Positions 25,835 through 39,204 of a DNA stretch of 64,000 nt are shown one piece after another. The stretch comes from Hemiscyllium ocellatum (Eukaryota), in NCBI RefSeq assembly GCF_020745735.1, contig NC_083447.1, forward strand, positions 21,656,755 to 21,720,754, given 5' to 3'. The position numbers and the translations under genes are program-made. Position 1 is the stretch's first letter, and every line of letters begins with the position of its first letter. The notes beneath the pieces were generated by a model, which saw only the letters and a program-made list of their open reading frames with translations, was not told the origin of the DNA and made no database searches.

Positions 25835-26270
25835 TAATATTAAATTGAATTGAATTTATCGTCACGTGTACCGAGGCGCAGTGAAAAGCTTTGCCTTGCG
25901 AACAATACAGACAGATCACACAGTTAAATAGCATAGATAAGGAAATAATAGGTAAACAGCGACAAGACAAAAACACAGTTAAGACGAATGCTTAGAGTCT
26001 GTGAGTCCATTCAACATTATAAGAATTGTAGGGTAGAAAAACCGGTTGGTGTGTGTGTTCAAGCTTCTGTACCTTCTTCTCGATGATAGAGGTTGTAGAA
26101 AAACATTGCTGAGTGGGATGGATCTTTGAGATTGCTGGCGGCCTTTCCTTTACAGCTGGCCTGGTAGATGGATTCTGTGATTATCCGCCGAGTTCACCAC
26201 TCTCTGTCACCGTCTCCGATCTTGAATGGTACAGTTGCAATATCGGATCATGATACATCCAGATAGAATA
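25835..26270 (-). mobile_element. LINE 3' fragment (L2/RTE-type, class uncertain)
   Basis: Insertion relative to copy B (~59205); the 3' end GTGACAATAAA-like motif is shared with 10270-10335. Confidence 0.5.
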
Positions 26271-26502
26271 GGCAGGGAATAGAGGGATACATACAGCGTA
26301 GATGTTTCTAGTTTAGAAAGGCGTCGTGTGTCGGGACAGAGTTGAAGGATCTGTTCCTATGCTACATGGTTTGTTCTAACAATATCTCAATACGTGATTG
26401 ATTTCTATCCCTTGTCTTGTTGCCTACGATTTTCCAAAAAAAAGGAAATAAATGTAAACCTGTCAGGTTTTGACAATAACTTTGCTTCCTGTCACCGTTT
26501 GG

Positions 26503-26541
26503 GGTTTTTGTTGAGCTGCTCCCTCTCGCTAAGTCACTGTG
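26503..26541 (-). other. Consensus 23-RSS of V7
   Basis: CACAGTG + ACTTAGCGAGAGGGAGCAGCTCA + ACAAAAACC. Confidence 0.95.
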
Positions 26542-27032
26542 AAGACTCCAGGCGCAGTAATACACGGCTGAGTGATTCGCTTGGAGGTTGGAGGACTTCA
26601 GGCTGAACTTGGTGTTACTCGGTCTGTCAGCGGTGAAACCGTCCACCGGCTCCCGTGGAGTCACGTACTGTGCTGTATTGGAGTAAAACATCAGCTGAAG
26701 CTCTTTTCCCGGGGACTGTTTGTACCAGTACAAGTTGGGAGTACTACTGCTGCTGCCCTCCACAATACACTCCAGTTTCACTCCCTCTCCAGGAAATTTG
26801 GAGACGGCGGCGGGGTTCTGCTCGATAGTCTGTGATTTCACATCTGAGGAAAAGACGGAGAGAGGAAGAAGTCAGTAAAAAGGGTGGGGGTGGATGCAAG
26901 GAATACAGAGAAACAGAATGAGAGCAGGAGTAAAGGATAGCAGTTGAAATAAAGTTGGATATTAAAAAATGATTGCAAATTAGAAAGTTCTTTACGGTGA
27001 AACACGACGAACAGAGAGAGCAACAGATACAT
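26542..27032 (-). CDS. TRBV: V7: functional TCR beta-like V segment; leader exon 26996-27032, V exon 26542-26843
   Basis: MYLLLSLFVVFHH/VKSQTIEQNPAAVSKFPGEGVKLECIVEGSSSSTPNLYWYKQSPGKELQLMFYSNTAQYVTPREPVDGFTADRPSNTKFSLKSSNLQANHSAVYYCAWSL. GT-AG intron of 152 nt. Confidence 0.94.
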
Positions 27033-27409
27033 CTTCCACTTCAAGGTTCCCTTTTTTCGCAATCTTTATTGTCGGTGAGACAACATTGGAAATACAATGC
27101 ACCACTTCTCCCTCTATGTGTGAGCCTTGCCGTTCCCCTTTATTCACGTTGATAGCCCCGCCACGTGTTAAGAGCCTCTCAGCCTATCCTTCCCTGATTG
27201 GATGATAGGGAGCTGCCGAAAGTACAAAGTTATCAACACAGGTTGAGGATTGAAGGAGGGGCCACTGTTCAAATTCACGGAAAACATATCCGTGAATTTG
27301 AACAAAGGTCATATGGACGGGACTCAGCAATAGGTAGGGTATAATCACTTTGATGAGGTTGGACTGTCAATAGCCAGCTGGCGATAGACAAACAGATACA
27401 TAGAACATA

Positions 27410-28050
27410 GAACATAGAAGGATACAGCGCAGTACAGGCCCTTCGGCCCTCGATGTTGCGCCGACCGAGTCCTACCTAACCTATACTAGCCCAATAACTT
27501 CCAAATGCCTATCCAATGCCCGCTTAAATGAACATAAAGAAGGAGAGTTCACCACTGATACGGGCAGGGCATTCCATGAACTCACAACCCGCTGTGTGAA
27601 GAATCTACCCCTAACATCTGTCCTATACCTACCACCCCTTAATTTAAAGCTATGTCCCCTAGTAACACCTGACTCCATTAGCGGTAAAAGGTTCTTAGTA
27701 TCTACCCTATCTAAACCCCTAATCATCTTATACACTTCTATCAGATCTCCCCTAAACCTTCTCTTCTCCAATGAGAACAGCCCCAAGTGCCTCAGCCTTT
27801 CCTCATAAGATTTTCCTACCATTCCAGGCAACATCCTGGTAAACCTCCTCTGCACTCGTTCTAAAGCTTCCACATCCTTCCTATAGTATGGCGACCAAAA
27901 CTGCACACAATACTCCAGATGAGGCCTCACCAGAGTCTTATACAACTGCAACATGACCTCAGGACTCCGGAACTCAATTCCTCTGCCAATAAAGCCCAGT
28001 ACACCATATGCCTTCCTCACAGCACTATTTACCTGGGTGGCAACTTTCAG
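27410..28050 (-). mobile_element. Young 5'-truncated CR1 LINE
   Basis: Uninterrupted 179-aa ORF 27481-28020 (LYKTLVRPHLEYCVQFWSP...) and (CTATGTT)n tail; copy A only. Confidence 0.92.
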
Positions 28051-28477
28051 AGATTACGTAGTCAGATTATGGAAAGAAAGGATTGCTGTGATGGGTGATC
28101 TTAGTTGTTATATTGACTGAGGTAAGCTTAGTGCCAGGGGCTTGACTGGAGAAGAATTTGTTCGGTATATCCAGAAAAGTTTTTTTGAAACAATATACAA
28201 ATAGTTCAACAAGGGGAGGGACATGCTAGATCTGGTATTGGAGAATGAGCCCGGTACATGATTGAAATTTCAGTGGAAGAACATTTTGTGAACAGTAACC
28301 CTCATTCTGTAAGTTTTAAGTGGATAAGGATGACGTTAGCCCTCTGGTGAAAAAAAGCTAAATTCTGAGAAGGCTGATTTCCACAATATTAGGCTGGAAC
28401 TGAGGGCAGCTGTTTAAATTTAAATCTGGCAAGTAGAATTTTTTTCACAGACCAGTTGAAGAGAGTATAGGTCCGAT

Positions 28478-31100
28478 TGGTTCTGATGGATGATCAGATT
28501 CGGGAATTTTGGGCGTTTTTGATAAGGGATAACATTACAGCTGTGCTGAGAGAGGATATTTCTACAAATGCATCCAGGGATGTTATTTGGGTGGAACTGA
28601 GAAATAAGAAAGAAATTATCACCTTATTGGGATTGTGTTATAGACCCCCTAATAGTCAGAGGGAAATTGAGAAGCAAACTTGTAAGGAGATCTCAGCTAT
28701 GTGTAAGAATAATAGGGTGTTTGTTGTAGGAGACTTTACCTTTCCAAACATAGACTGGGACTGCCATAGTTTAGATGGAGAGGAATTTGTCAAGTGTGTG
28801 CAAGACAATTTTCTGATTCAGTATGTGGATGCACCTATTAGAGAAGGTGTAAAACTTGACCTACTCTTGGGAAATTAGGCAAGGCAGGTGACTGAGGTGT
28901 CAGTGGGGGAGCACTTCTGGACCAGCGACCATAATTCTGTTAGATTTAAAATAATGATGGAAAATGTTAGACCAGATGTAAAAGTTGAAGTTCTAAATTG
29001 GAGAAATGCCAATTTTGACGGTATTAGGCAGGAACGTTCGAAAGCTGACTGGGGGCAGATATTCGCAGGTAAAGGGATGGCTGAAAAATGGGAAGCCTTC
29101 AAAAATGAGATAACAAGAATCTAGGGAATGTATATTCTTGTTAGGGTAAAAGGAAAGGTTGGTAGGTATAGGAATGCTGTATGACTAAAGAAATTGAGGG
29201 TTTGGTCAAGAAAAAGAAGGAAGTATATGTAAGGTATAGACAGGACTGATCGAGTGAATCCTTAGAAGAGTACACTTAAGAGGGAAATCATGAGGGCAAA
29301 AAGGGGACATGAGATATCTTTGGCAAATAGAATTAAGGAGAATCCAAAGGGTTTTTAAAAATACATTAAAGACAAAAGGATAACTCGGGAGAGAATAGGG
29401 CTCCTCAACGATCAGCAAGGCGGCCTTTGTGAGGAGCTGCAGAAAATGAGGAAGATACTAAATGAGTATTTTGCATCTGAATTTACTGTTGAAAAGGATA
29501 TGAAAGATATAGACAGTAGGGAAATAAGTGGTGACATCTTGCAAAATGTCCATATTACAGAGGAGGAAGTGCTGGATGTCTTGAAACGCATAAAGGTGGA
29601 TAAATCCCCAGGACATGACCAGATGTACCCTAAAACATTGTGGGAAGTTAGGGAAGTGATTGCTGGGAATCTCACTGAGATATTTGTATCATTGATAGTC
29701 ACAGGTGAGGTGCCAAAAGACTGGAGGTTGGTTAACGTGGTGCCACTGTTTAAGAAGTAAGGACAAGCCATGGAATTATAGACCAGTGAGCCTGATGTCG
29801 GTGGAGGGCAAATTAGATTAGACTAGATTACTTACAGATTGTTGGAGGGAATCCAAAGGGGCAGGAGATAATTGTACTTGGAAAGGCAATGATTATTAGG
29901 GATAGTGCGTGGGAAATCATGTCTCACAAACTTGATTGAATTTTTTGAGGAAGTAACAAAGAGGATTGATGAGGGCAGAGCGGTTGATGTGATTTCAATA
30001 AGGTGCTCAACAAGGTTCCCCATGGGCGATTGATTAGCAAGGTTAGATCTCATGGAATACAGGGAGAACTAGCCATTTGGATACAAAACTGGCTCAAAGG
30101 TAGTAGAGAGAGGGTGGTGGTGAAGGGTTGCTTTTCAGATTGGAGGCCTGTGACCAGTGCTGTGCCACAAGGATCCATGCTGGGTTCTCTACTTTGTGGT
30201 CATTTACATAAGAGGTCAACTTAGTCAGTTTGCAGATGACACCATAATGCAGTGGACAGCGAAGAAGGTAACCTCAGATTACAACAGGATCTTGACCAGA
30301 TGCGCCAATGGGCTAAGAAGTGGCAGATGGAGTTTAGTTCAGATAAATGTGAGGTGCTGCATTTTGGGAAAGCAAATCTTAGCAGGACTTATGCACTTAA
30401 TGGGATTGTTGCTGAACAAAGAGACCTTGGAGTGTAGGTGTATAGCTCCTTGAAAATGTAGTCGCAGGTACATACGATAGTGAAGAAGGCGTTTGGTATG
30501 CTTTCTTTTACTGGTCAGAGTTTTGAGTACAGGAGTTAGGAAGTCATATTGTGACTGTACAGGACTTTGGTTGGGCTACTTTTGGAATGTTGCGTGCAAT
30601 TCTAGTGTCCTTCCTATCGGAAAGATGTTGTGAAACTTGAAAGGGTTCAGAAAAGATTTACAAGGATGTTGCCAAGGTTGGAGGATTTGAGCTACAGGGA
30701 GAGGCTGTACAGGCTGAGGCTGTTTTCCCTGGTGCACCAGGGGCTGAGCGGTGACCTTATGGAGGTTTACAAAATTATGAGGGGCATGGATAGGATAAAC
30801 AGACAAAGTTTATTTTTCCCGGGTCAGGGAGTCCAGAACTAGAGGGCATAGGTTTAGGGTGAGAGGGGAAATATATTAAAGAGACCTAGGAGGCAACTTT
30901 TTCACACAGAGGGTGGTACATGTATTGAATGAGCAGCCAGCGAAAGTAGTGGAGGCTGTTACAACTACAACATTTAAAAGGTATTTGAATAGGTATATGA
31001 ATAGGAAGCATTTGGAGGGATATGGGTCGGTCCTGGCAGATCTGTTCATCATGGATGGGTTGGACCGAAGGATCTGTTTCCATGCTGTACAGCTCTATGA
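28478..31100 (+). mobile_element. CR1 LINE (endonuclease-RT ORF2, degenerate) nested in an older CR1
   Basis: VVGDFTFPNIDW, RPVTSAVPQGSMLG, QFADDT. The flanking older CR1 is contiguous in copy B at ~60730. Confidence 0.9.
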
Positions 31101-33000
31101 CTCTATGAATCTCTTAAAATAGATCCCCTCAAGGACAAAGAAGAGAACTTATGCATAGACCCAGAATATGTAGGTGAAGTCCATGCTGAGCACTTTGTAA
31201 TGGTATTCACAAAGGAGGATGACATGATGAATGGTAAGTCTCAGGAGGGGTAAGTTGACCTTCTGGGACATGTCATTATGACAAAGGAGGAGGTTTTGAG
31301 TGTTTGAAAATGCATTAAGACAAGGAAGTTCTCAGGATCTCATGGTTTCTATTCATAACTGCTGAGGAAGGCAGGTGAGGAATTTGCTGGGGCCTTGAAT
31401 GAAATCTTTCTATCCTCTTTAGTTAGAGGAGAGGTCCGAGAGGACTGGAGAATCGCCAGTATATTGTTCCTTTATTAAAGAAGAGCAAGAGGTATAAGTC
31501 CAAAATGTTACAGGCACTGAGCCTTTCATTAGTAACAGGGAAATGATTGAAGAAAAGTCTTAGGGATAGAATTTACTCACCTTTAGAAAAATATAGATGT
31601 ATTAGTGACGTGTTTTGTCCTGGATTTTCTTTTTATGAAGGAAGGTCCAGACAGAGGTGCCTGCTTAAAGCTCCAAAAATAAAAAGTCTGTGAAACATTG
31701 TTGTTTTTTTTTAAGTTGGAACAATAAAAGCAGCCTGAATGTGTGGGGCCACTTTCTAAGACAATTAGAAATTTTAGTTTAACTTTCAGGAGCTGTTGCT
31801 AGGGTCTTGAAGCTGGAAGTGAAAAATCTTATTCCTCTGGGGGTTCTCTCCCTGCTTATAGATATGCATGTGAAACAATTAATATTACTGAGTTTGACAT
31901 TGCACGTGTGTATTTATAGTTTGGTACTACATTGAAGCAGTTAATGTGTAGTTCATTATGTTGTTAAGCGTTTCAATGTTTTCAGTTAAATCAATCTTTT
32001 TCTGTTATTGTAGTTCGTTTGTGTTTTAATTGTAATATCTAAGTAAAGTTTTGCTTCAGCCCATAGTCTTGAACACTTGAATTTTGCCAGAATACCTGCC
32101 CCTTACCTTTAAAATAAGGAAGTTATTATTTCAGCTATCTCCTTGACAAGTTTTGAGGTTGTTTACTGTGGTCCATAACAATAGACAGCGTGGATTTGTG
32201 TAGGGAAGTTTGTATTTCACAAATTTGGCTGAGTTATTTTTGAGGAAGTGTTCAAGATGATTGAGGGCACAGCGATGGATATTGTCAATAAGGGACTGAG
32301 CAAGGACTTTGATGAGTTGGTAGCCTGATACAAAAGGTAAAGTCGCATGTGATCTGCAGTGAGCTAGTACGAAGGATATAGAATTGGCTTAGTCATAGAC
32401 GACAGAGAGTACCAGTGACATGTTTTTATGTCTGGAGATTTGTGACCAGTGATGTTCTGCAGGGATCAGTGCAGGGAACCCTATTGTTTGAAATACATAT
32501 ATAAATGATATGGAGGAAAATGTTGTTTGCCTGATTTCTAAATTTGTGGATCGCACAAATATTGAGAGAGCTGCAGACATTAAGAAGGACTGCCAGAGGA
32601 TACAACAGGATGTAGATAGGCTTGAGACGTTGACAGAGAAGTGGCAGATTGAGTATAATCTGGAACATGTGAGATGATCATATTTTGGAAAATCTAATGC
32701 AAGTGGGAAGATATACAATATACGGCAGAACTCTTTATAGTATAATACAGAGGGATCTAGGCTTACAGGTCCACAGTTCCCTGAAAGTGGCAACGTAAGT
32801 GGATAAGATGGTCAAATAGCAGATAGCAGGTTTGGCTTCATCAGTTCGGGTATAGATTATAAAAAATGGCAAATCCTGTTGCTGTTGTATAGAACTTTAG
32901 TTTGGCATATTTCAACTATTGTATGCAATTCCAGCCACCACAACATTAGCAGGATGTGGAGGTTTTGGAGAGCGATATGGACCGTGTAGAAGCAAAGATT
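31100..33000 (+). mobile_element. Older CR1 fragments (paralog ~60370-62920)
   Basis: RT remnants, shared by both duplicate copies. Confidence 0.75.
31611..32180. mobile_element. Solo-LTR-like element nested in a CR1 (paralog 61220-61802; relatives ~22377-22985 and ~55214-56020)
   Basis: TG...CA termini, interrupts a continuous CR1 RT sequence, recurs four times; no clear TSD. Confidence 0.5.
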
Positions 33001-34949
33001 TTTAGGTTAGAAAGATATCATGCGTCATTGCAATCTTGCCAGGCGGAAAGACCTGTTCCTGTGTTGCCCTATTCTTTGTATTATATTGAAGCTTTTTATA
33101 CAATGATTCAAACATAAGTTACACAAACGCAAGGTAAAGTGTTAAAAAAAACTTTTATTGAAGCTTTTTGTCCAAAAAAATGCTTTAACAATACTTGGAA
33201 AAATATTGACAAACTGCAACTTGTGGAGTGACAGACGGATCTTAACTATTTAAAACTTCATAAATGATTTTGTTGAAGGACCAATTGTTGCAGTCAAATA
33301 CAATGATAGGAAAGCATGCTGTGAGGGAGGACACAAGCAACCTGCAAATAGATAAAGGTAGGTGATGTGTCTGAGGAAACATGTTGGAATTTAGAGTGTG
33401 ATGTGTAAAACACAAGTTTTGGATTTTATCAAGAGACATAGTGTAGGAGAGACCTGACCAGGACAAAAGTTCAGGAGGCAGCTGGCTTCAGCCCATAGCT
33501 GTTTATTCAAACATTACCAGCATCATACAGGGAAAGGCACTCGAGATATCCACACAGCACTTTGTCAAATGTACTTTACCCTCGTGCAAGCAGATTCTCA
33601 GTGCATATATTTTCCTTGTCCCTCTCTGAAATCGCTGTGCATATCCACTCCGCCTGTATAGTATTGATCAATAGTGCTGGGTTGTCGAACAGTGATTGGA
33701 TCCTTGGTACATCATTCCATGTCAACAATTTGTTTGCTGGTGTGTGTTTAACTGCCAATCAATTAGATAATTATCTTTTAATTTCTCATTGTAGGGAAAG
33801 CAAAAGAATGTTGATTTTTGATCAGTTCCAACAAACGTTTTTGGTTACAAATAATATTAGAATGCTTTAAGCTAACAAGTTGTGTCTCAAAGTGTTCATT
33901 CAATCCACTGTCCAATGTCTGATCAACTCTCTCTTCCCTGAAATGATGAGTGGTGCTGGTGGGTGGGGAGCTTCTATTGCCTGAAACTGGTTTGACATTT
34001 CTTTCTCTAATGCTTTTAGTGACCTTTTTGTTCATACGTGGATCCATAATTACTTTTGAATCTATACCTACGATTATCTGAAGGATCGTAACTATTACTT
34101 ACTCTCAGTATTGTATTAGATTGATGAAATAATTCAAGATAAACAAATAATTATTGTGAAATTTTCTTATTATGTAAGCCACTGCAGAGCTGCACATTCC
34201 ATACCAGTTAGTAGCCTTCATTACACAGACCTGTTATTGTTCCACTTGTGGAGACTACATTAAGAAAATATTTCCAAACTTCCCTCATTACTGTCAGTCA
34301 TTTTCTGCAGAGCTAGAGGGGCAGCTGTCAGCCATTTTGTGCTGCTCAATTATGGGAATCCTTAACAAATGCAAAAGTAGCATAGAATTTGGGAGACTGA
34401 AAAATGTTGCAATGCTGAAGGTTCTGGGGCTCCACATGCATGAACACGATCACAAATATAAGTTTGTGTGGGGGAACAACGAGGAAATAAGAAGGCAAAT
34501 GGAATGTTGCCCTTTGGAATGTTCCCGAGAGTTTAAAGTGGGGAAGCTTTGCTGCAACTGTACAGGACATTGGTGAAACAACTTCTAGAATATTGTGGAG
34601 AGTTTTCCTTCCTTTATTTAAGAAGGGATGCATTTACTTTGGAGGAAATTCAGGGAAAATGCACTGGGTTGATTCCAGCGAGAACCGAGCAGCCTTATGA
34701 GGAAAGGTTAGTGGGTTGGGTCTACAATCATTGGAGTTGCAAAGAATGAGAGGTCATTTTGTTGAAATGTGTAAGGTTTTACTGGGACTTGAGAGGATAG
34801 ATACATAGAACAAGATGTTTCTATTCCTTATTCCTCACAATATCCTTATGATTCCTTATTCCTCACAATAAGGAATGTACAACTGGGAGCTAGTTTCAAA
34901 ACAAGCATTTGTCATTGAGACGAGGAATTGTTTGGGTCTCTCAGTCACA

Positions 34950-35090
34950 CAAGACCATATATTCCAACAAGTTTATATGGAAACACTAGCTTTCAGAACG
35001 CTGCTTCTTCATCAGTTAGTTATGAAGCAGGACCATGAGACATGCAAAGTAGAGCAAAAGGTTGCTGTATTATGCAACTGAAATGACACA
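34950..35090 (-). mobile_element. PLE-derived fragment with AGCT-type hammerhead core (34987-35015)
   Basis: CTGATGA AGAA gcagcg TTCT GAAAG CTA; stem I broken. Confidence 0.6.
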
Positions 35091-35099
35091 CAATCATAG

Positions 35100-37200
35100 A
35101 GATAGAGAATAGCCAACAGACAAAGGGTGCAGGAGTAGGCCATTTGGCCCTTTGAGCTAGCACCATCATTCATAATGGATCATGGCTGATCATCCACAAA
35201 CCATATCCTGTTCCTGCCTTATCCCCATAACCTTTGATTCCACCATCTCTAAGAGCTCTATCCATCTCTTTCTTGAAAGTATCCAGAGACTTGGCCTTCA
35301 CTGCCTTCTGGGACAGACCATTCCACTACTCCCTGGGTGAAGAAGTTTCTTCTCAACTGTGTTCTACATGGTGTACCCCTTATTTTAAAGCTGCATCCTC
35401 TGGTTATTTCCACCAATCAGCGGAAACATGCTTCCTGCCTCCAGAGTGTGCAATCCATTAATAATTATATCCCTCTCAATCAGATCCCCTCTCATTCTTC
35501 TAAACTCAAATGCCTTTTTAGTTATCACCTGTTGCTCTTTAAAAGTTTCCCAGTCACCCGATATAGCTGATATTTGCTATGTTACAGTTCTTCTCTTTTA
35601 TCTTTATACAGTCCTTAATTTCCCTCGTCAGTCGTGGCCACCCCTGCCTCCTCTTAGGATCTTTCTTCCTCTTTGGAATGAACTGATCCTGCACCATCTG
35701 CATTATATACAGAAATACCTGTCACTGTTGTTCCACTGCCATCCCTGTTAGGGTATTGAACCATTGGACTTTGGCCAGCTCCTCCCTCATAGGTCCATAG
35801 TTCCCTTTGTTCAACTGCAACACCGACACTCCCGATTCTCCCTTCTCCTTCTCAAAGTGCAGTTTAAAACGTATCAAATTATGGTCACTCCCTTCTATTG
35901 TCTCCTTTATTTCGAGGTCCCTGATCAAATCTCGTTCGTTGCACAACACCAGATCCAGAATTGCCTTCTCCCTGGTAGGCTCCAGTACAAGATGTTCTAA
36001 GAATCCATCTCGGAGGAACTCCACAAACCCCCCTTCCTGGAGTTCAGTACCCCTGATTTTCCCAGTCTACCTGCATGTTGAAATCCCCCATAACAACTGT
36101 AATAATATCTTTGCCACTGGCCAATTTGAACTCTATATTCAACTTACACCCCTACATCCAGACTACTGTTTGGGGGCTTGTAGATAACTCTAATTAGGGT
36201 CTTTCTACCCTTAGAATTTCTCAGCTCTATCGATACTGACTCTACATCTCCTGATTCTATGTTCACCCTCGCAAGGGACTGAATATCATTCCTCACCAAC
36301 AGGGCCACTCTACTCCCTCTGCCAGTCAGTCTGTCCTTTTGATAGCACGTATAGCCTTGAATATTCACTTCCTAGGTCCTGTCCACTTGAAGCCACGCCT
36401 TAGTTATTCCCACAACATTGTACCTGCCAATTTCCAACTGAGCCTCAAGCTCATCCTCTTTACATCTTATGCATCATGTATTCATATATAATATTCTTAA
36501 TTTGTTACTCCCTCACCCTTCCTATCAATCCCTATTTCACTTGACCATCCTGTATGATCCCTTTTTGAATTGTCTGCTCCATTGATTCTGTTGTCTTTCT
36601 TAACTTCTCTTATTCTCACTCTCCCTTTAAGTTCCTTAATAAAAATTCCAGTTTGACCCCCACTCTCCACCCACAACCTAGTTTAAACACCCCTGTGTTG
36701 CAGTGGAAAACCTGTCTGCCAGAATGCTGTCCCCCACTTATTAAGGTGCAACCCGTCCCTCTTGTGTAATTTACCCTTACCGCAAAATATACCCCAGTGA
36801 TCCAAGAACTTAAATCCTTGCTTCCTGCACCAGTTCCTCAGTCACACTTCGAAGTCCATTATCTCCCTATTTCTGCCTTCTGCAGCCCAAGGAATTGGAA
36901 GCAAACCAAAGATAACCACCCTGGAACTGCTGCTTTTCAGCGTTCTTCTGAGTTCTCTGAAGTCCCACTGTAGAATGTCTCTCCTCTTCTTCCTGTCGCC
37001 ATTTGTGCCAACATGCACCACCACCTCTGGTTCTTCACCTTTGCCCTTGAGAATTCTCTGCACTCTATCAGTGACGTCCTGGATCCTGGCACCAGGAAGT
37101 CAGCACACCATCCTCAAATCCCACCTGTTGCTGCAGCAGCCCCTCTCAGTCCCTCTCACTATGAAGTCCACTATTACCACAGCTCTGCATGATGTGTGAC
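35100..37200 (-). mobile_element. CR1 LINE fragments (endonuclease region and 3' end)
   Basis: EFLRDGFLEHLVLEPTREKAILDLVLCN; NIQGYTCYQKDR; tail at 35100-35560. Confidence 0.85.
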
Positions 37201-37409
37201 TCCTCACCAATTTTCGATTGGCAGAACTGTCCGTCTCTCAGACTGGCCATGTCATCTGTCTCAACAGTTTCCACCACAGGTGGAAACAAACACTTTAGTC
37301 CAACACGTCCATGCTGACCAGATATCCCAACCCGGTCTTATCCTATTTGCCAGCACTTGGCACACTTCCTTCTAAATCCTTCCTATTCATAAAATTCACC
37401 CAAAGATCC

Positions 37410-37830
37410 AAAGCCGAATGTCACTGACCGCTGAAATGTTCCCCGGCTGGGAGGGAACACCCCAGCCTGGTGATTGTGGTGCAGTGTCCATTCATCAGTC
37501 GTCTCACCAATGTGTCATGCCACAGGGCATCCTTGCCTGCAGCATATGTGGTAGACAATGTTGTCCGAGTCACATGAGTACCTGCCGTGTACAAGGTGGG
37601 TGGTCTCCACGTGCAATGTTGGTATCCATGTCAAGTCTGACACATCTGTAGTGATTGTCATGACAGAGTTGTACAGTGCTGTTTTTAATGCCCTGAAGGC
37701 TGGGCAGTTTTCTGTGAAGAATGATCTGCTTAAGGTTTAGCAATAGTTTAAAGGCGAGAATTGGAGGTATAAAGAAGGTCTTGTCGAGGTGCTCATCCTC
37801 AGCAATAATGTGTTGTAGGTTGAGAAGAAA
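37410..37830 (-). mobile_element. Penelope-like GIY-YIG fragment (third family)
   Basis: Minus strand reads LQHIIAEDEHLDKTF...GRYSCDSDNIVYHICCRQGCPVA*HIGET. Confidence 0.7.
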
Positions 37831-39204
37831 ATGACATGATTTTTCAACTCCTGGTAGGTGCTGGACAACTTTTAGATATTGAGGACAGAGTGGAAATTGG
37901 AATTAAGTCCTGACTGACAAATAAATAACCCTCTCCGTAAATGCTAATGATTCATCGTGGAATGTCAGAAAAAAACAGTTAGCTCCTTAAGTTCCATAGC
38001 CAAGGGGGGAAAATGTAGCTTGTGCAAACTATTTCAAGATTTAAACACTTAGCAATGAAACGTAATAACTAGGTGTAAGAGTATGTGATTCAGAACTTTG
38101 AACCTGCTCTGCTATTCATTATCCTCATGGCTGATCCTTTCTCTTAATTCCCTATTCCCGGTTTCTCTCCAGATCACTGATGCCTTTAGAATAAAAAAAC
38201 TATTTCTTGAACATATTCAGTAACTTAACTTCCACATTGTTCTGTGGAGAATACAGTTTGATTTGTTGATTCCTGGGAAGAGGACCCGAGCAGATACAAG
38301 AAGTGATTATTAGAAATAACTAAGAGGCCCGGGTTTAAGGCCCATTCGCTATAGGGTGGTGTAATAATCTCTCTGAAAAGGTTGATTAGAAAATATCTTG
38401 AGTCAGTATTGGACAGGATAAGCATCCACAATGCTGAGCCTCCCAGTATAACATGATATTGTGTATACTGTTCGACAGAATGGAATTCCTAATGAATATG
38501 TTGCTCTCTAGAATGACCTTGATTGCATTTTGTTTTCCTAGGCCATCTTCCTCGTAATTAAGATCGTCTGACAGCTATTCTCCTGCTGGGATAGGAAAAC
38601 ACATTTATTATAATGCATCTGCTAGTCACAATGTGATTGAAAGAAATCATATATTTGCTCACCTATCAACAAACTGTCATTTGTACCCTCCAGTGCCCGA
38701 CTAGCTGCCTCACTTAAGCAGCAAATCAAATAATTGTTTACAACAATTCTAAAATCTTTATTTTCATATGATCCGAATACTTTGATGTCCTATCTAAATT
38801 CAACTGAAGCTACAACTACTTCATGAAGTATCCGATTCTTTGTTCAATCTACAATATGAGATGCCCTTTACGATGAACATTTGTTTAAAACTTCCTTCCG
38901 TAATTTCCCAATTCTCTTAGCTGTTGTGAAATGTCTATCAGTCATTCTTTGCTGGACTTTGATCCCCATCTGTTGATTTCACTGCAATTTTACAAGGAAT
39001 ATTGGCTATCGATGCTATTTTTGCTGACTTTCAGAACGTGCAAAGTTACTTCAGGGCATTTAGGCCAAGTAAGTTTATATTTTTCTTAAAACAAATCAAT
39101 TCTTGTCTTTGCATCACAAGAATCAGCTATCCGTGTTCCTCCATGTATATAATGTTTCTCCACTGTCCTGATTCGACAACAATGCATAGTTTTGTAAAAA
39201 GGAG

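Larger units (their letters stand above)
2321..33470. repeat. Segmental duplication, copy A
   Basis: Collinear blocks match copy B by eye: 2.32-2.8k/40.86-41.33k, 10.9-16.7k/42.64-49.7k, 19.03-27.4k/49.71-60.36k, 28.06-28.47k/60.37-60.73k, 31.1-33.47k/60.73-64k. Confidence 0.9.

Noticed and set aside
28339-28350. CTCF-like TCACCAGAGGGC upstream of V7
   Set aside because: It lies in an old CR1 fragment and is not conserved in the paralogous copy B sequence.
38400-38940. Possible very degraded integrase remnant on the minus strand
   Set aside because: Only a faint H..GH-like trace with many stops; not supportable by eye.
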